Origin: the human T2T-CHM13v2.0 reference genome, Homo sapiens
Assembly (NCBI RefSeq): GCF_009914755.1
Contig: NC_060934.1
DNA length: 64,000 bases
Reading direction: 5' to 3' (one strand)
The translations under genes were made by a program, and so were the position numbers. Under the pieces are notes generated by a model, which searched no databases, was not told the origin of the DNA, and was given only the letters and a program-made list of their open reading frames with translations. Position 1 is the first letter of the stretch. Each line of letters opens with the position of its first letter. This document shows positions 16,500 through 31,049 of the stretch, piece after piece.

Positions 16500-17600
16500 A
16501 CCTGCTTTCTTTGCTCTTAGCCACCCTTAGGCATCAAGATTATGCTGGGTCCAGTCAGCATTCCAAGATAAACGAGACTGAATCCAGTCTCTTAGGCAGC
16601 CTCTGGAAAAGTTGGATCTTTGGATGTTCTATCCAACTCGTTTCCTCCCCAAGAAAAATCTGGGATGCAGGATTTTTTGCCCATTTGTTCCGTATTGAGT
16701 CATGGAAAGCGGCTATGAGAGTGTGCTAGTTCAAACCACAGTCTTTGTCTGCACTGGTCCCCAGGCAGCAAAGTATGCTGGGTCCCTTAGTTCCCCACAA
16801 GAGGCAAGAAAGAAATCATTCTTTGGCAGCCCACAGAGAAGTTGGGGCATTGGATGTGTGATCCAGCTCTTTCCCTCCCCAGAGAGAAGCTGGGAACTAG
16901 GGTATATTCATCTGCTTGCTCTGTGTAGAGCCAGGGGAAGGAGCTATGACAACCGCCAAACCTCCACCTCGGTTCTCACTGGCCCCAAGTGGCTAGAGTA
17001 TGCCAGGTCCCATCAGCACTCTGAGCAGGCAAGACAGATGGTAGTCCTTTGGGCAGTCCACAAGCAAGTTGGGGTATTGGACACATGGTCAAACTCTATC
17101 TCATCCAAGGGAGAAGCCGGGATCTGGAGTTATTCACCTATTCACTCTGTGCTGAGCTGGGATTGGGGGTTATGGTAAAAGCCAGCCTAAACCACCACGT
17201 CTGATCTCACTGGTTCCAAGGCTGCTATAATATGCCAGGACCTGTCAGCATCCCATAACAGGCAAAACAGGATCTAGTCTTTAGTGCACCTCCAGAGAAG
17301 TTGAGGCATTGGATGTGTGGTCCAACTCATTTTCTCACCAGGAAAAGTTTGGGAGCTGGGTTTATTCATCCATTCACTTTGTGCTGAGTTGGGGGCATGG
17401 GCTATAGTGACACTCAGTCCAAACTGGTGCCCAAGCAGCTAAAGTATGCCAGGTCCTGTCAGCACTCCAAGACACTCAAGACATATAGCAGTCTTCTCAG
17501 AAGTCCCCAAAAAAGTTGGAGTATTAGATACGTGGTCCAACTCTTTCCATTCCCAAGGAGAAGCTGAGAATTAGGAGGTTTCTTTCTGATTGTATGGTAC
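16500..17600 (-). repeat. Five diverged ~225-bp tandem monomers in the L1M 5'UTR
   Basis: Anchor tatgc(t/c)(g/a)gg(t/a)cc at 16541, 16774, 16999, 17231, 17445; each unit also has aagttg...ttgga...tccaactc. Confidence 0.9.
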
Positions 17601-18575
17601 TGTGCCAGGGTAGCAATTCTTGTGAAAGGGTATCCTGAATTTCAATACCAGTTTTAATGTGGCTGGTTTCACACTCACCCAGGATATAAAAGCCTCTCAA
17701 TTAGTTTTTGGATGTCTCAAAAAAGAAACTTGTCCATGTTTTGCTGTTAAACAGATGTGTTTGTGCAGGAAAGGAGAGTCTAGAGCTTCCTATCCTTCAT
17801 CCTTGCTCAATAATGTCTTATTTAAAAAAATTCTGTTTGAGTTTTAAGTTGTTGGCCTAATATTCCTTGTGGACACTACTTTAATGAGCCTAGTTTGAAT
17901 TATCTTAGCCAAAAAAAACCAATAATAGCAACAAAAAGTGCTCTCATTGCTTCTTAACTATCTAGTAAACAATATAAACAAGGCTATGGCATGTGGGGGA
18001 AATGGCTTTGGAGTCAAATACCATGGTACATTTCCTTCTTAAAGCCATAGGTCTTATCAGGGTGAGGGCATCTCTGGCATTGACACTGGAATGCCTCGAA
18101 CCTTGTAGTCTTAGGTATGTGAGAAAATAATACTTAGAATTTATCACATTGTTTTACTTGGCATTACCCTGACACTGCTCCTTTTGTAAATCTTAGGGAT
18201 GCCAAGTCTACATGTTTCTGATTTAGTTCCACTTAGCAAATCAAAGTGCTGTTTTACAAGTGCTCTTTGAGATTTAAGACAATACTCAAATGGTATCCTT
18301 TGAAATAAGAAGACTGAGTCAGAAGCCATCATTCAAGTGGCAGATGGGTTAAAGATGCTTTATATAAATCAGCTCTATCAGTTTCCACTAAAGCCGATGC
18401 TCTTGCCAAATGCATTCTCTTAGCATATACAATGAGGTTTTTTTTCACTTTTATAGGCCAAAATTCCTCTTACAGACACATGTTGGTTCAGTTTATTTGG
18501 AATAAGTACCTATCTCTTATATAATGCTGACTGTAGAATATTTGAAGCTATGTTTCTTGAATTCTAAAATTTTAA

Positions 18576-18706
18576 ATTTTGTATTTTTAGTAGAGATGGG
18601 GTTTCACCATGTTGGCCAGGCTGGTTTCAAACTCCTGACCTCGTGATCCACCCACCTCGGCCTCCCAAAGTGCTGGGATTACAGGGGTGAACCACCACAC
18701 CCGGCC
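18576..18706 (-). mobile_element. AluS left arm only (right arm and tail missing)
   Basis: ttttgtatttttagtagagat...cccggcc with no right monomer. Confidence 0.9.
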
Positions 18707-19019
18707 TCAGGCCTTCCTTATTCATGAGTAAACCAAAAGTAGAGAATGTTGGTAGAGTGTGCAAACATCCGAAGGTAAAGTAAAAAACTGTTAAATTTGC
18801 ACAGCATTTCCATTGTTCTGGTAAGAAAGAAATACATATGCATGTATGAACTATAAAATCCTGTGGTTCCACATATAAGTTAAATGCTCTTTTGTTTGTA
18901 TTTAAAACTTGCATTGCACAATATAAAGATGGATAGTAGTCCATCTTCTCCCATGTAATGTTTCAATCACTTTACAAGATTGCCATTTATCATTTAGCCT
19001 ATATGCTGAATTGAGAACT

Positions 19020-19165
19020 CACAAACTCTCTAAGTCTCAGGTGCCTCATCTGCAAAACAGGAATAATGATATTTTATAGGATGTGCTAAAGATTAAAAAT
19101 AATGTCTTTAAAGCCCTTAGCAGAGTATCTGGATATACTCGGCACTCACTAGTAGCTCAAGAAGC
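19020..19165 (+). mobile_element. MIR fragment
   Basis: tctcaggtgcctcatctgcaaaacaggaataatg...aaagcccttagcagag. Confidence 0.75.
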
Positions 19166-19194
19166 TACTAGAGTGCTATTCTACTACTACTAAA

Positions 19195-19238
<44 letters not shown>
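19195..19238. repeat. (GAT)14 microsatellite
   Basis: Perfect trinucleotide run. Confidence 0.97.
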
Positions 19239-19243
19239 GATAA

Positions 19244-19551
<308 letters not shown>

Positions 19552-20234
19552 GATGATGATACAATTTCTTAAAGCTACCAATTCATTTTCAGACAGCTTT
19601 ATTGCAAAACCCTTCTACACAGTGAACTAAAATGTGTTTCCTTTTAAATTGTACCACGGTTAATCCTTCTTTCAAAGCTCTTCAGATGACTAAAAGCAAT
19701 GACATAATCTGTCATTTACAGTCTATAAAAGCTGCTGCACACGAATTTATAAAGGGGCAGAGATGGCAAAGAAAGGGTAGGGGCCTGCTACATGTGGTCA
19801 CCGCGTCAATGAGAAGAAAACTTCACCCTAACCCTAAATCTAAACCTATCAGAAAAAACAAAATTCTAAAATACACATATACTAGAAAGTTGAAGCACTT
19901 GCTGTACAATCAGCTGGAAAGTTCCCAAAAGACCTCAAAGATAATTACAATGGAATAATGCATGAGCACAATAGCAAACTGAGACATGGAGTGAAAAAGT
20001 TGCTGCACAGACTCTTTCATATCTTTGTTAAGGCTGAGCACCCCAGTTAAGCTTCTGAACGTTGGACAATCTGTCTGTTGCTACTGCTTTCTTAGAAGTT
20101 CATGGCTAAGGGGTCATTCATTCCATATTACAGCTGAGCAGGTACCCTACTTTCATCTACCTTATATACCCAGCCTCAGCTACATTGTTAGACCATATAA
20201 ATGTCAACAGAAAAAGTAGAAGAAAGAGAAATTT

Positions 20235-20342
20235 TTCACTAGAACGTTGGCTCCAGGAGAGCTGAGATTTTATCATCTTTGTTCACTGCTAAATTTATAA
20301 TGCCTAGCACGTACTAGATACACATTCTGTGTTGAATGAAAG
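20235..20342 (+). mobile_element. L2 3' end
   Basis: tttgttcactgct...tgcctagcac...gttgaatgaa. Confidence 0.7.
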
Positions 20343-20589
20343 AAAAAATAAATTCACAGGGAATACAAACATCTTTAATTTTGCTATTATTTCTACCCTA
20401 TTTTCGAGGAGTCTTGGAGTTCATATTTACCCAGACCCTAAGTTAAGGCTTAGAGCCTTAACATGCAAAATACAAAAATAACTGAATTTCGAAAATAAAT
20501 TATGCCATTTAGTAGCAAAACAAATAAAGATGATTTTTATATGTAGAAATACATAAAAGAAGAGAACAGCAAAGAGATACAAATTCATT

Positions 20590-21042
20590 TTACAGCACTG
20601 AGGAAGCCTTTGTTTAGAGAGCTCTACTTTGGGCCTCTACAACTAAAACAAGATCTGGGGAATTGAGAAGATGTTTAGAGGAATAAAGTTTTAGGAAATA
20701 GACACTACATAGAAATTCAAAAGCAACCAGACATGTTTCATTTAGAGAAGCCAAGCCTTCAAGCATGTAAAGGGATATTACAGCTATCCTGTTTCCATTG
20801 AGAATGGGACAAAGGAACAGCCTTACATTACTAGCAGGAGGTCTTTAGATCAAAAATCAGAATTCATGTCTGAAGGGATGTGAAACACTGGCAAAGGCTG
20901 TCAAAAGAGATATGGATTCTCCTACTCTATAGACTTTCATGAAAAGAGTATCCATCTTTCTAACATGATTTAAGTGGATTTCTGCCCAAAGGAAAATGTG
21001 AACTAGATAACCTCAAGGTCACTATTCTACAAATTTTGTAAT
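20590..21042 (+). mobile_element. L3/CR1 LINE 3' fragment
   Basis: atgtttcatttagagaag, ccttcaagcatgtaaaggg, tgtgaaacactggcaaaggct, ctagataacctcaaggtc are typical CR1/L3 3' motifs. Confidence 0.75.
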
Positions 21043-23364
21043 CAAAAGCATCTGTGAAAAATAGGGCATTTCCAAGTACCTGAAGTAAATCACATAATAG
21101 GTCTAGGAGGTCTCTTTTAAATCCCTTCTTCCATTTTTTATAAGATCTTACCTTTAGATAGCATTTCACAATTTACAGTGGGCTTCTAAATATTTTACTT
21201 CCTTATTTTATATGACATGGTACCCCAGATTTACTGCCTCAGCTTGAAGGATTAAAAATCAGGGGGCACGGGGAGATGGGTAGAGATCAGAAATCTTGGT
21301 TTTAAATAGACCAAGTTCTCTATCCCTTCTCAACTATCTTTTCATTTATTTTTCTTGGGAAGAGGTATTTGTTGAAAGGGACTCTTGAGTTTCTTTTCCT
21401 CCAACAAATATGCTTTTGGTGCCAATAACAGAAAAGAAAATGTCTTGAAGGAAAAAGAACAAAAGTCAAAGAAGACAATGTGAATTTTGCAAAAGACTGG
21501 AAATACCTGAGCCAGAAGGCATTGTTCATCTGCAAGTCTGGACTAAAGGCCCAAAAAAACCATATGGGAATGTGTGAAAGCCTTTTTTTTTTTTTTTTTT
21601 TTTTTTTAAGTAACTGCCCAGGGTTTTTTCCCAAGAGTCATTTCAGACTCAGTTATCCCATTTTTGATCTGAAACAGAAAATATAGCTATTGGAAAAGGG
21701 CTGTCATTCACAGCCAGCTTAGAAGTCCAAGACTTGTTTGTCTTGTGTCCTTTGCAGCAAGGACCATAAAACTCAATTCCTCCCTATCCTGAAATAAATG
21801 CTAGGCAGAGTAACGCAGAACGTCAACAGAATGCCACAGAGAAGCATTTGCTTTTCTTGGTAACCAGTGCATTTAAGGGCACTGAAGTCCATACTTTCAG
21901 TTCTTGAGAACTAAGAACAAAATAGCTATTTCAGGTTCTTTTTTTTCCCCTAAGAAAAGTGCCAGGGGGAAATTAAAATGTAAAGTGGACTTTCTTTTTT
22001 ATGCAAATATGTGTTGGCCCCTTTCACTGACAAATCACAAGGTGCACATTTGTTCCCAGGTAGGTCAAAGTTCCTAAAAGAGGAAAGATCCAAATGTTCT
22101 CAGGGTATGGGTTTTCTTTTCCTTATACTCAGAGAGTTATTTTTAAAGTTAGAGACTTCTGCAAACAACGCCACAGTGAGTTTCCCTGGGGAACCATTTT
22201 TGTTGCACAGGTTGGCTCCACTGGTTAGAAATTGATTTGCATGAGGCCATCAATTTGAACTTTACCTCTTCAAGGCACAAAACTCTAAAAGGCAAAAACA
22301 AAAAAACAAAAACAAAATTCTAGTAAAGCTAGGCAGAGACAGAACCTCTTGTAAATGCTTGTCTTTGGTTGCCAGCAAACAATGCAATTGTATTTAAAGA
22401 AGTAAACAGAGTAAAATCTGTAAAAATAAGCCAATGGACCAACTTGCCCCTGTTACCACTGCCTGACACACAGAAGGTACATTAAAAAGTAACAAACTCT
22501 GCAGTGAGAAAGAACAGCTTTGCCTATTTTGTAATTCTCCCTCTCCTAAATTTACATACGTCACACCTCCAGCTCAAATACACCTTTGACTACCAACTTT
22601 CCCTTACCTCTAGCACTTCTCGTTCTCTTCACTTCTATTACCTTTCTCCTCCATCACCCTTCACGTGGCCTGTAGGTGCAAAGTCAAGGGAGGGAGGAGT
22701 GCAAGCCAGGTGCAGGAATCTGCAAGTGCATCTAGAGTGAGATGCTAGTGTGCTTTGGCACTGCCCAGCAGCAGCAAAGACAAATCCAAGAGGGATCTCT
22801 CTTACTAGATGCAGCCATGACTGCTCAGTATTGAATCATGGAAAAGGAAGGGAACCTAGAACTTGTTTAGACCAACTTCTCATTTTCATAATAAAGAAAA
22901 TGAGGTCTAGAGAAGTAATTTGTCCAAGCTCCTGTATTTGTAGCTAACACCAAGGCCCAGTATGTCCCAGCACCATAGTGTGCCACGATGGGGCTAGCTG
23001 CATGCCTGTGCTTTAAATCTACATCATCTCTAAGCAAAAGAAGACTCCCCTAAGAAGATAAGAACTGAAAGCTGTTTCTGCTTCTTGGTATCTCTTTTTC
23101 TCACCCAAAGATTTTCACATCACTTCTTTTCACCTTGAGTCCCTTCTATGACATCCATCATACTGCTTCATAAACTTGTTTACTCAGCATTAAAACCTTC
23201 CTGAGTGGGTAAGGAATCATATTTATTAAAAGTATTGAGAGAAGGTTAAAAAAATAAAAACTGGGTGTGTGTATGTGATATTATGTCTGAGCCTATTTTT
23301 AAGCGAAATGACCAGAATTTTATCCTGTTATGGACTGAGATTAGACAAAAACAGTAAGAAATGT

Positions 23365-24264
<900 letters not shown>

Positions 24265-25036
24265 GGAAAAGTACTTTCATCTGAAGATTTTAAATAATTA
24301 CCTTTCTATATATTTGAATTGGATCTGTTATAGAAAACAAATCATCCTAATCTCATCTTTCATCCAAAAAGTAAATGTGTTTTCCCATTTTGAAGACTAA
24401 ATGCCATTTACTATTATGCCAAATAAAAGCATAAAACTATTTCTCTCCTTCTGAGGATTGACAAGAGCTTGACCTCCATCCAACTCCCAAATCAGATAAC
24501 ACAGAGTATTATCATCCTATTTGTTCAGTCCAAAAGATCCCTAGCAATTATTAAACTCTAGACAACTTCATTGTAGAAAATGCATCCACCAAGGGATGAA
24601 ACGTAGCACTAGCTTGAAGAATGTTTGGGTTTCTCCATATTATTCCAAGCTAAAATTATAGAATGAAAGTTATTTTAAAATCTTAGGGGTTAGAATTTTA
24701 ATTTCACTGCATTTAAATGCATACAGCAGGCAACAAATGAAAACTTCACTGGAGCCATCTCTTGCATGTTTGAAAAATCATGTGTACTTTCAAAAGCATA
24801 TTTGCAGATCATAATGTTTGTAAACTTAAATAGTAATGGGCGGGGCCCATATTTTGCATCCCTGGGTCATTTAAGTTTGTCAGTGTTGACATTACCACAG
24901 AAAAACTTCCCTTTCATGGTTAGTAGCTTGTCGCTCTCAGTAAATCTGTGATACTTTCTGGCGTCCCACACAGGGAATTATTTAATTTAATTTCTAAGGA
25001 CCAGATCCTGCCCTTGGATACACGTAAGCAATAAGT

Positions 25037-25048
25037 ATTGACGTCAAT
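25037..25048. promoter_or_regulatory. Perfect CRE (TGACGTCA) in 12-bp palindrome ATTGACGTCAAT
   Basis: Motif seen directly, at the centre of a 92-bp inverted repeat; function is inferred only. Confidence 0.5.
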
Positions 25049-25599
25049 GGAAATTCTGGGTGCGCATCTAAGGCCAGACTATGGTCCTCTGCATATTCCT
25101 AACATGACTGCTGAAATTCTGTTTGTTAAGACTGGCTTGATTTTGGCTCCTTTTCTCTTAGATGTGCACACAATACCAGAAATGATGCATGAAGGCTGCG
25201 ATCAAGTGAAAAGCTACATGCGTAACCGGGTGGGATCCTGTGTGGCCTTTTGACCTAAGCAAAGAATGAGATTTCATGTCCTGTAAGTCCCTGGGTCCAC
25301 TATTGTCCTGACGACTAGCCCACAGCAAAATTTTTCATTTCTGGATCTACCCCCTATTTAAAGAGAAAATAAAACTGAGATTTCAATGAATGCTGATAAT
25401 TTTAAAAACAGGAAGTTTTATTTCACGGTCTAAATATGGCAATACAGAAGAGTACTTTTATCTGAAGAGTTGAAATTATGACTTCTTATAGATTTCAATT
25501 GAATTTCTAACTTTAGAATTCCCAGGATCATAAGCTATCCATCCATTCCCTTCCATCCCTTAATTCCTGAACCCCCCCTTCTCATTAATTCTCTAAACA

Positions 25600-28020
25600 T
25601 ATTTGCCTACTAGATTCCCCTTGTTCATCCCTCTCCAGCCACACTGGGCTCCTGGAAGTCCCTGAAACACAGTCAACATGCTCACGGCTCATGGATTTTT
25701 ACCCATGATACTCCCATCAGCTTGGAATACTTTCCCTATTACCTTTATGACCTGCTCCCCAAGTACTTTAGGTCTCCCTCAAATGCCACTTTCCCAGTGA
25801 CCTCTCCCCTCAATACTTTATTTATTTATTTATTTCAATAGGTTTTGGGGAAACAGGTGGTATTTGGCTACATGAATAAGTTCTTTAGTGGTGATTTCTG
25901 AGATTTTTGGTGCCCCCATCAACCAAGCAGTATACATTGTAGCCAATGTGTAGTCTTTTACCCTTCACCTACCTCCTACCCTTTCCCCTGAGTCCCCAAA
26001 GTCCATTGTATCATTCTTATGCCTTTGCATCTCATAGCTTAGCTCCCACCTGAGTGAGAACATAACGTTTGGTTTTCCATTCCTTAGTTACTTCACTTAG
26101 AATAATGGTCTCCAATTCCATCCAGGTTGCTGTAATTGCCATTATTTCATTCCTTTTTATGGCTGAGTAGTATTCTACGGTGTATATATACCACATTTTC
26201 TTTAACCACTCATAGATTGATGGGCATTTGGGCGGGTTCCACATTTTTGCAACTGTGAATTGCACTGCTATAAACATGCATGTGCAAGTATCTTTTTCGT
26301 ATAATGACTTATTTTCCTCTGGGTAGATACCCAGGAGTGGGATTGCTGGATCAAATGGTAGATCTACTTTTAGTTCTTTAAGGAATCTCCACACTGTTTT
26401 CTGTAGTGGTTGTACTAGTTTACATTCCCACCAACAGTGTAAAAGCATTCCCTTTTCACCACATCCACACCAACATCTATTTTTTTTTATTATGGCCATT
26501 CTTGCAGGAGTAAGATGGTATCACATGCATTTCCCTGATAATTAATGAGGTTGAACATTTTTCATGTTTGTTGGCCATTTGTATATCTTCTTTTGAGAAT
26601 TGCTTATTCATGTCCTTAGCCCACTTTTTATGAAATTATTTGCTTTTTTCCTTGCTGATTTGTTTGAGTTCCTTGTAGATTCTGGATATTAGTCCTCTGT
26701 TGGATGTATAGATTGCAAAGATTTTCTCCCACTCTATGCTGTTTACTCTGCTGATTATTTCTTTTGCTGTGCAGATGCTTTTTAGTTTCATAAGTCCCAT
26801 CCATTTATTTTTGTTTTGGTTGCATTTGCTTTTGGGTTCTTGGTCATAAACTCTTTGCATAAGCCAATGTCTAGAAGGGTTTTTCCGATGTTATCTTCTA
26901 GAATCTTTATGGTTTCAGGTCTTAGATTTAAGCCTTTGATTCATCTTGAGTTGATTTTTGTATAAGGTGAGAGATGAGGATCCAGTTTCATTCTTCTACA
27001 TGTGGCTTGCCAGTTATCACAGCACCATTTGTTGAACAGGGTGTCCTATCCCCACTTTGTTTTTGTTTGCTTTGTTGAAGATCAGTTGGCCGTTAAGTAT
27101 TTGGCTTTATTTCTGGGTTCTCTATTCTGTTCCATTGGTCTATGTGCCTATTTTTATACCAGTACTGTGCTGTTTTGGTGACTATGGCCTTAAAATATAA
27201 TTTGAAGCTAGGTAATGTAATGCCTCCAAGTTTGTTCTTTTTGCTTAGTCTTGCTTTAGCTATCTGAGCTCTTTTTTTTAGCTCCATATGAATTATAGGT
27301 TTGTTTTCTCTAGTTCTGTGAAGAATGATGGTGGTATTTTGATAGGAATTGCATTGAATTTGTAGATTGCTTTTGGCAGTATGGTGATTTTCACAATAAA
27401 GATTCTACCCATCCATGAGCATGGGATGTGTTTCCATTTGTTTGTGTTATCTCTGATTTCTTTCAGCAGTCTTTCATAGTTTTCCTTGTAGAGTTCTTTC
27501 ACCTCCTTGGTTAAGTATATTCTTAAGTATTTTATTTTTCTGCAGCTATTGTAAAAGGGGTTAAGCTCTTGATTTAATTCTCAGCTTGATTGCTGTTGGT
27601 GTATAGCAGGGCTACTGATTTGTATACATTAATTTTGTATCCTAAAACTTTTCTGAATCCATTTACCAGTCTAGGAGCTTTTTGGATGAGTCTTTAGGGT
27701 TTTCCATATACAATCATGTCATCAGCAAACAGTGACAATTGGGCTTCCTCTTTACTGATCTGGATGCCCTTTACTTCTTTCTCTTGTTTGATTGCTCTGG
27801 CTAGTACTCAGTATCCTATTTAGAACTGAATACTCCCTAGCCCCCCTTTCCTGCTGTAATTTTTCTCCATAGCACTCATCACCATCTAGCAGAATAAACA
27901 TTTTGTTTAGCTTATTTTCTCTTCTCTTCTAAAATGGTCATTATTATATTCTGCAGTAATTAAACAGTGCCTAGTACATAGTCCATCCCCAATAAATATG
28001 TTCTGAACGAAGGAAGGAAC
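25600..28020 (+). mobile_element. L2a fragment split by L1PB1 (25600-25816 and 27807-28020)
   Basis: ctccagccacactgggctcc...tccatagcactcatcaccatc...acagtgcctagtacatag...aataaatatgttctgaacgaa. Confidence 0.75.
25817..27806 (-). mobile_element. 5'-truncated L1PB1-like element
   Basis: L1PB 3' end (gaataagttctttagtggtgatttctgagattt); ORF2 C-terminal remnants 26032-26499, 27093-27287, 27293-27502. Confidence 0.92.
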
Positions 28021-28351
28021 TTTTAAGAAGAGCCTAGAGCTTTTCAGAAGTTCTACTGCAACAAGACCTTCCCAAAGCAGTAAACCATTACCAGAATACT
28101 TTCCTTGTGAAAATATAAATATAAATAAATTTAAGAATCAATAAGTGCTAAATAAAATTTAAGTATACATGCATAAATGAGAAATATTTGAACAAATAAA
28201 TAAATGAGTAGGATAAGAAAAACATTTCAAGGAATTTATTTTGACACAGTAATCAAATATGTGAAAATACTAAATTTCCTAAAAACCATTATTTCATCTG
28301 TTATAACATTATTATATCATCTACCATTATTTAATGATAGTTTCACATAGG

Positions 28352-28541
28352 TTGTACCTCAATTTTTTCAATTTGTGATCAAAGATCTGTCTACCTCAAA
28401 ATATCTAAGGTGCTTATTGGTTAAAAAAAAAGGAATTTCCTGCTTCCACTCAAGAGCTCTGAGGTTGCGGCCTATTAATCTTCATTTTTCTAATAAGTTC
28501 CTCAGGTAATTCTTATGCTTATTTACTTTTGAAAACTACTG
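28352..28541. mobile_element. MER5-like hAT-Charlie MITE
   Basis: atcttcatttttctaataagttcctcaggtaattcttatgc...tttgaaaactactg. Confidence 0.65.
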
Positions 28542-29559
28542 TTTTAGTTTATCAGTCCTCAAAATCCACTGCAGCCAATTCTGTCCTGGCCTGCCTTCCA
28601 CAGGGCTCTCTCCTTGAATCCAGATCCTCTTTTAATTTCAACATTTAGATTTTACCTTAACTACACATTTAAAAAAACACCAAACAAAAGAGCCATATCT
28701 TCTTTTGATGCTAACAAGCCTTCAGACATATTGAAAGATCAACATTTCTACCTATGACAAAAATATTCTTTTAAACTATTAGTCCTTAGCAGTTTCTGGT
28801 AATAGCATCCCATCAAATTAAAAATGAAACAGAAGCTCTAACATATCCCAACCTTCTTTTCGCACTCAAAGAGACATAGAACTACAACTAAACTTATTAA
28901 ATGCCTATGTAGCACAGAGAAGTGTACCCACTACCTTATTAAAACTAAACCTTGTGAAAAAGAGAATAAATAACACTATGTTATTTGTTCAAAGCCACTT
29001 AGTTGGTACCTGCAGAGCAAAAGCTGAACCCAGGTCTCTAGACTCTATGTCCATGATTACTTCTAAAATATTCACTGCTACATCAATCTATTAACAAAGT
29101 TTTTTTAAAAGCCCAGCCACTACTTGCTATGATTTTGAACCCATTCTCTGTTTTCTTAAAAATGGAGTTGCTCTGACTTAAAATATAAGATAACAAAAAC
29201 AACAACAAAAAAAATGAAGGCACAAAGTCTCCTAAATATGCTCGATTTGGCATTCTGTGCTCCATTCCCTATTGTGGTACTTTTTGATAGCTATGCTAGC
29301 ATATTCTTCTGCCCAGCTGCTTTTAATTTACTCTTTTATGGGGGCATGAATGTCATTACTATGTCCCCTATTTCAAATGTTCTTGATGTTGTAGTTCTGC
29401 CGTATCATTTTTTCTCATCCTTTTACCACATTCTCTCTCATTAAAGGACATGTCACTTCCTTCATTAACTTAAAATTCACTATGGATTTTTAATTATCTG
29501 TGAGCTTTCAGAAATTCTTTAACTCAAAAGTTGCTGTCATTTTTGTTACATGCATGAGC

Positions 29560-29900
29560 TCAGTTGCTGAGAATCCTTTCCAAACAAATCCTTTTAGAGG
29601 GTACTTTTGAAAATACATTCTTTAGATCATTCCAGTCTCAAGACTTGCTGGGAAAGTGGGGAGAAAACAGGGAGGAAAAGAGTTACTGATCAAATAAAAT
29701 TAGGGAAAACCACATTCTATATTCATCTCATTGAGATTCACATATATATCAGCATATTAAAGGCTTGGATAAGTCCTATAGGAAAAACTGTTTTAACTCA
29801 GTATTTCCCAAACCTGCATAACCATGCAACCTCTTCCCACCACACAACATCTAATAAAATCCCATAGAATTTTACTATATGATAAACATTAGAAACACAA
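29560..29900. mobile_element. Probable hAT-Charlie-type DNA transposon fragment
   Basis: agattcaca...agcatattaaaggc...aagtcc...cagtatttcccaaac motif string; family not certain. Confidence 0.45.
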
Positions 29901-30561
29901 TAAACATAATGCGTACTAAATAATAAGAGTTTACTATGTGATAGATATTATTGTCATTAGCATTAATAATCAGGTCAGTAAGTATTGTGACTCAACTAAT
30001 CTATTACTCTAAAAATGGTAAACTGTGGTCTAATGTGTTCAGTCCAAAGCAAGCACCTTCACTGACCTTTGAAAATAATGTCAATTTACAATCTCCAATA
30101 GAAATTTCACAGAGAAGAATATTCTGAAAACCCTCAGAAACCTAAGTATTTAGCAACAATACTTCCAAAATGCTACTACTTCAAAATATCTGCAAGCATA
30201 ATCAACTGAAGTTTGGATACAGCATGGTACAGCATGGTCTGAGGGAAGGTGCCTAACTGAGTTTTGGAGTAAAACATTCAAAGCCAGCCTAACATTCAAA
30301 GTCAGCCTTGTCCCTTAGCCTTTCTGAGCCACCATTTTCTTAATACATAATTGATAATATCACCACCAATTTTTGCAAAGTTGTTGTAACAATTAGAAAC
30401 AACACACCTAGGACATAGTAGACATCAAAAAAATAACGTAACTGCTTTTGTGGTTCCAATGAGACTTGTTGACTTCCGGGAATCTAAAATTATATAATAT
30501 TTGGTCATATAAACAGATGTACTTCATTTTCCAATAAGGACATTTCTTATAAAGTATTGCT

Positions 30562-30869
<308 letters not shown>

Positions 30870-31049
30870 TCAGGAATTCCCCTCTCAGCTCTGTTAACTA
30901 GCTATCAATCATAACTGTCTTGTTAAAATTTTTGCATGAGAATATTTTCCTGAAAAAAAAAACTAGTAACATTGACTTTATAAATTTAAAATTTTGAATA
31001 AATTTTTACATTCACGTGGTTTACGCAGCAAAACATCATAAAGAGGCAT

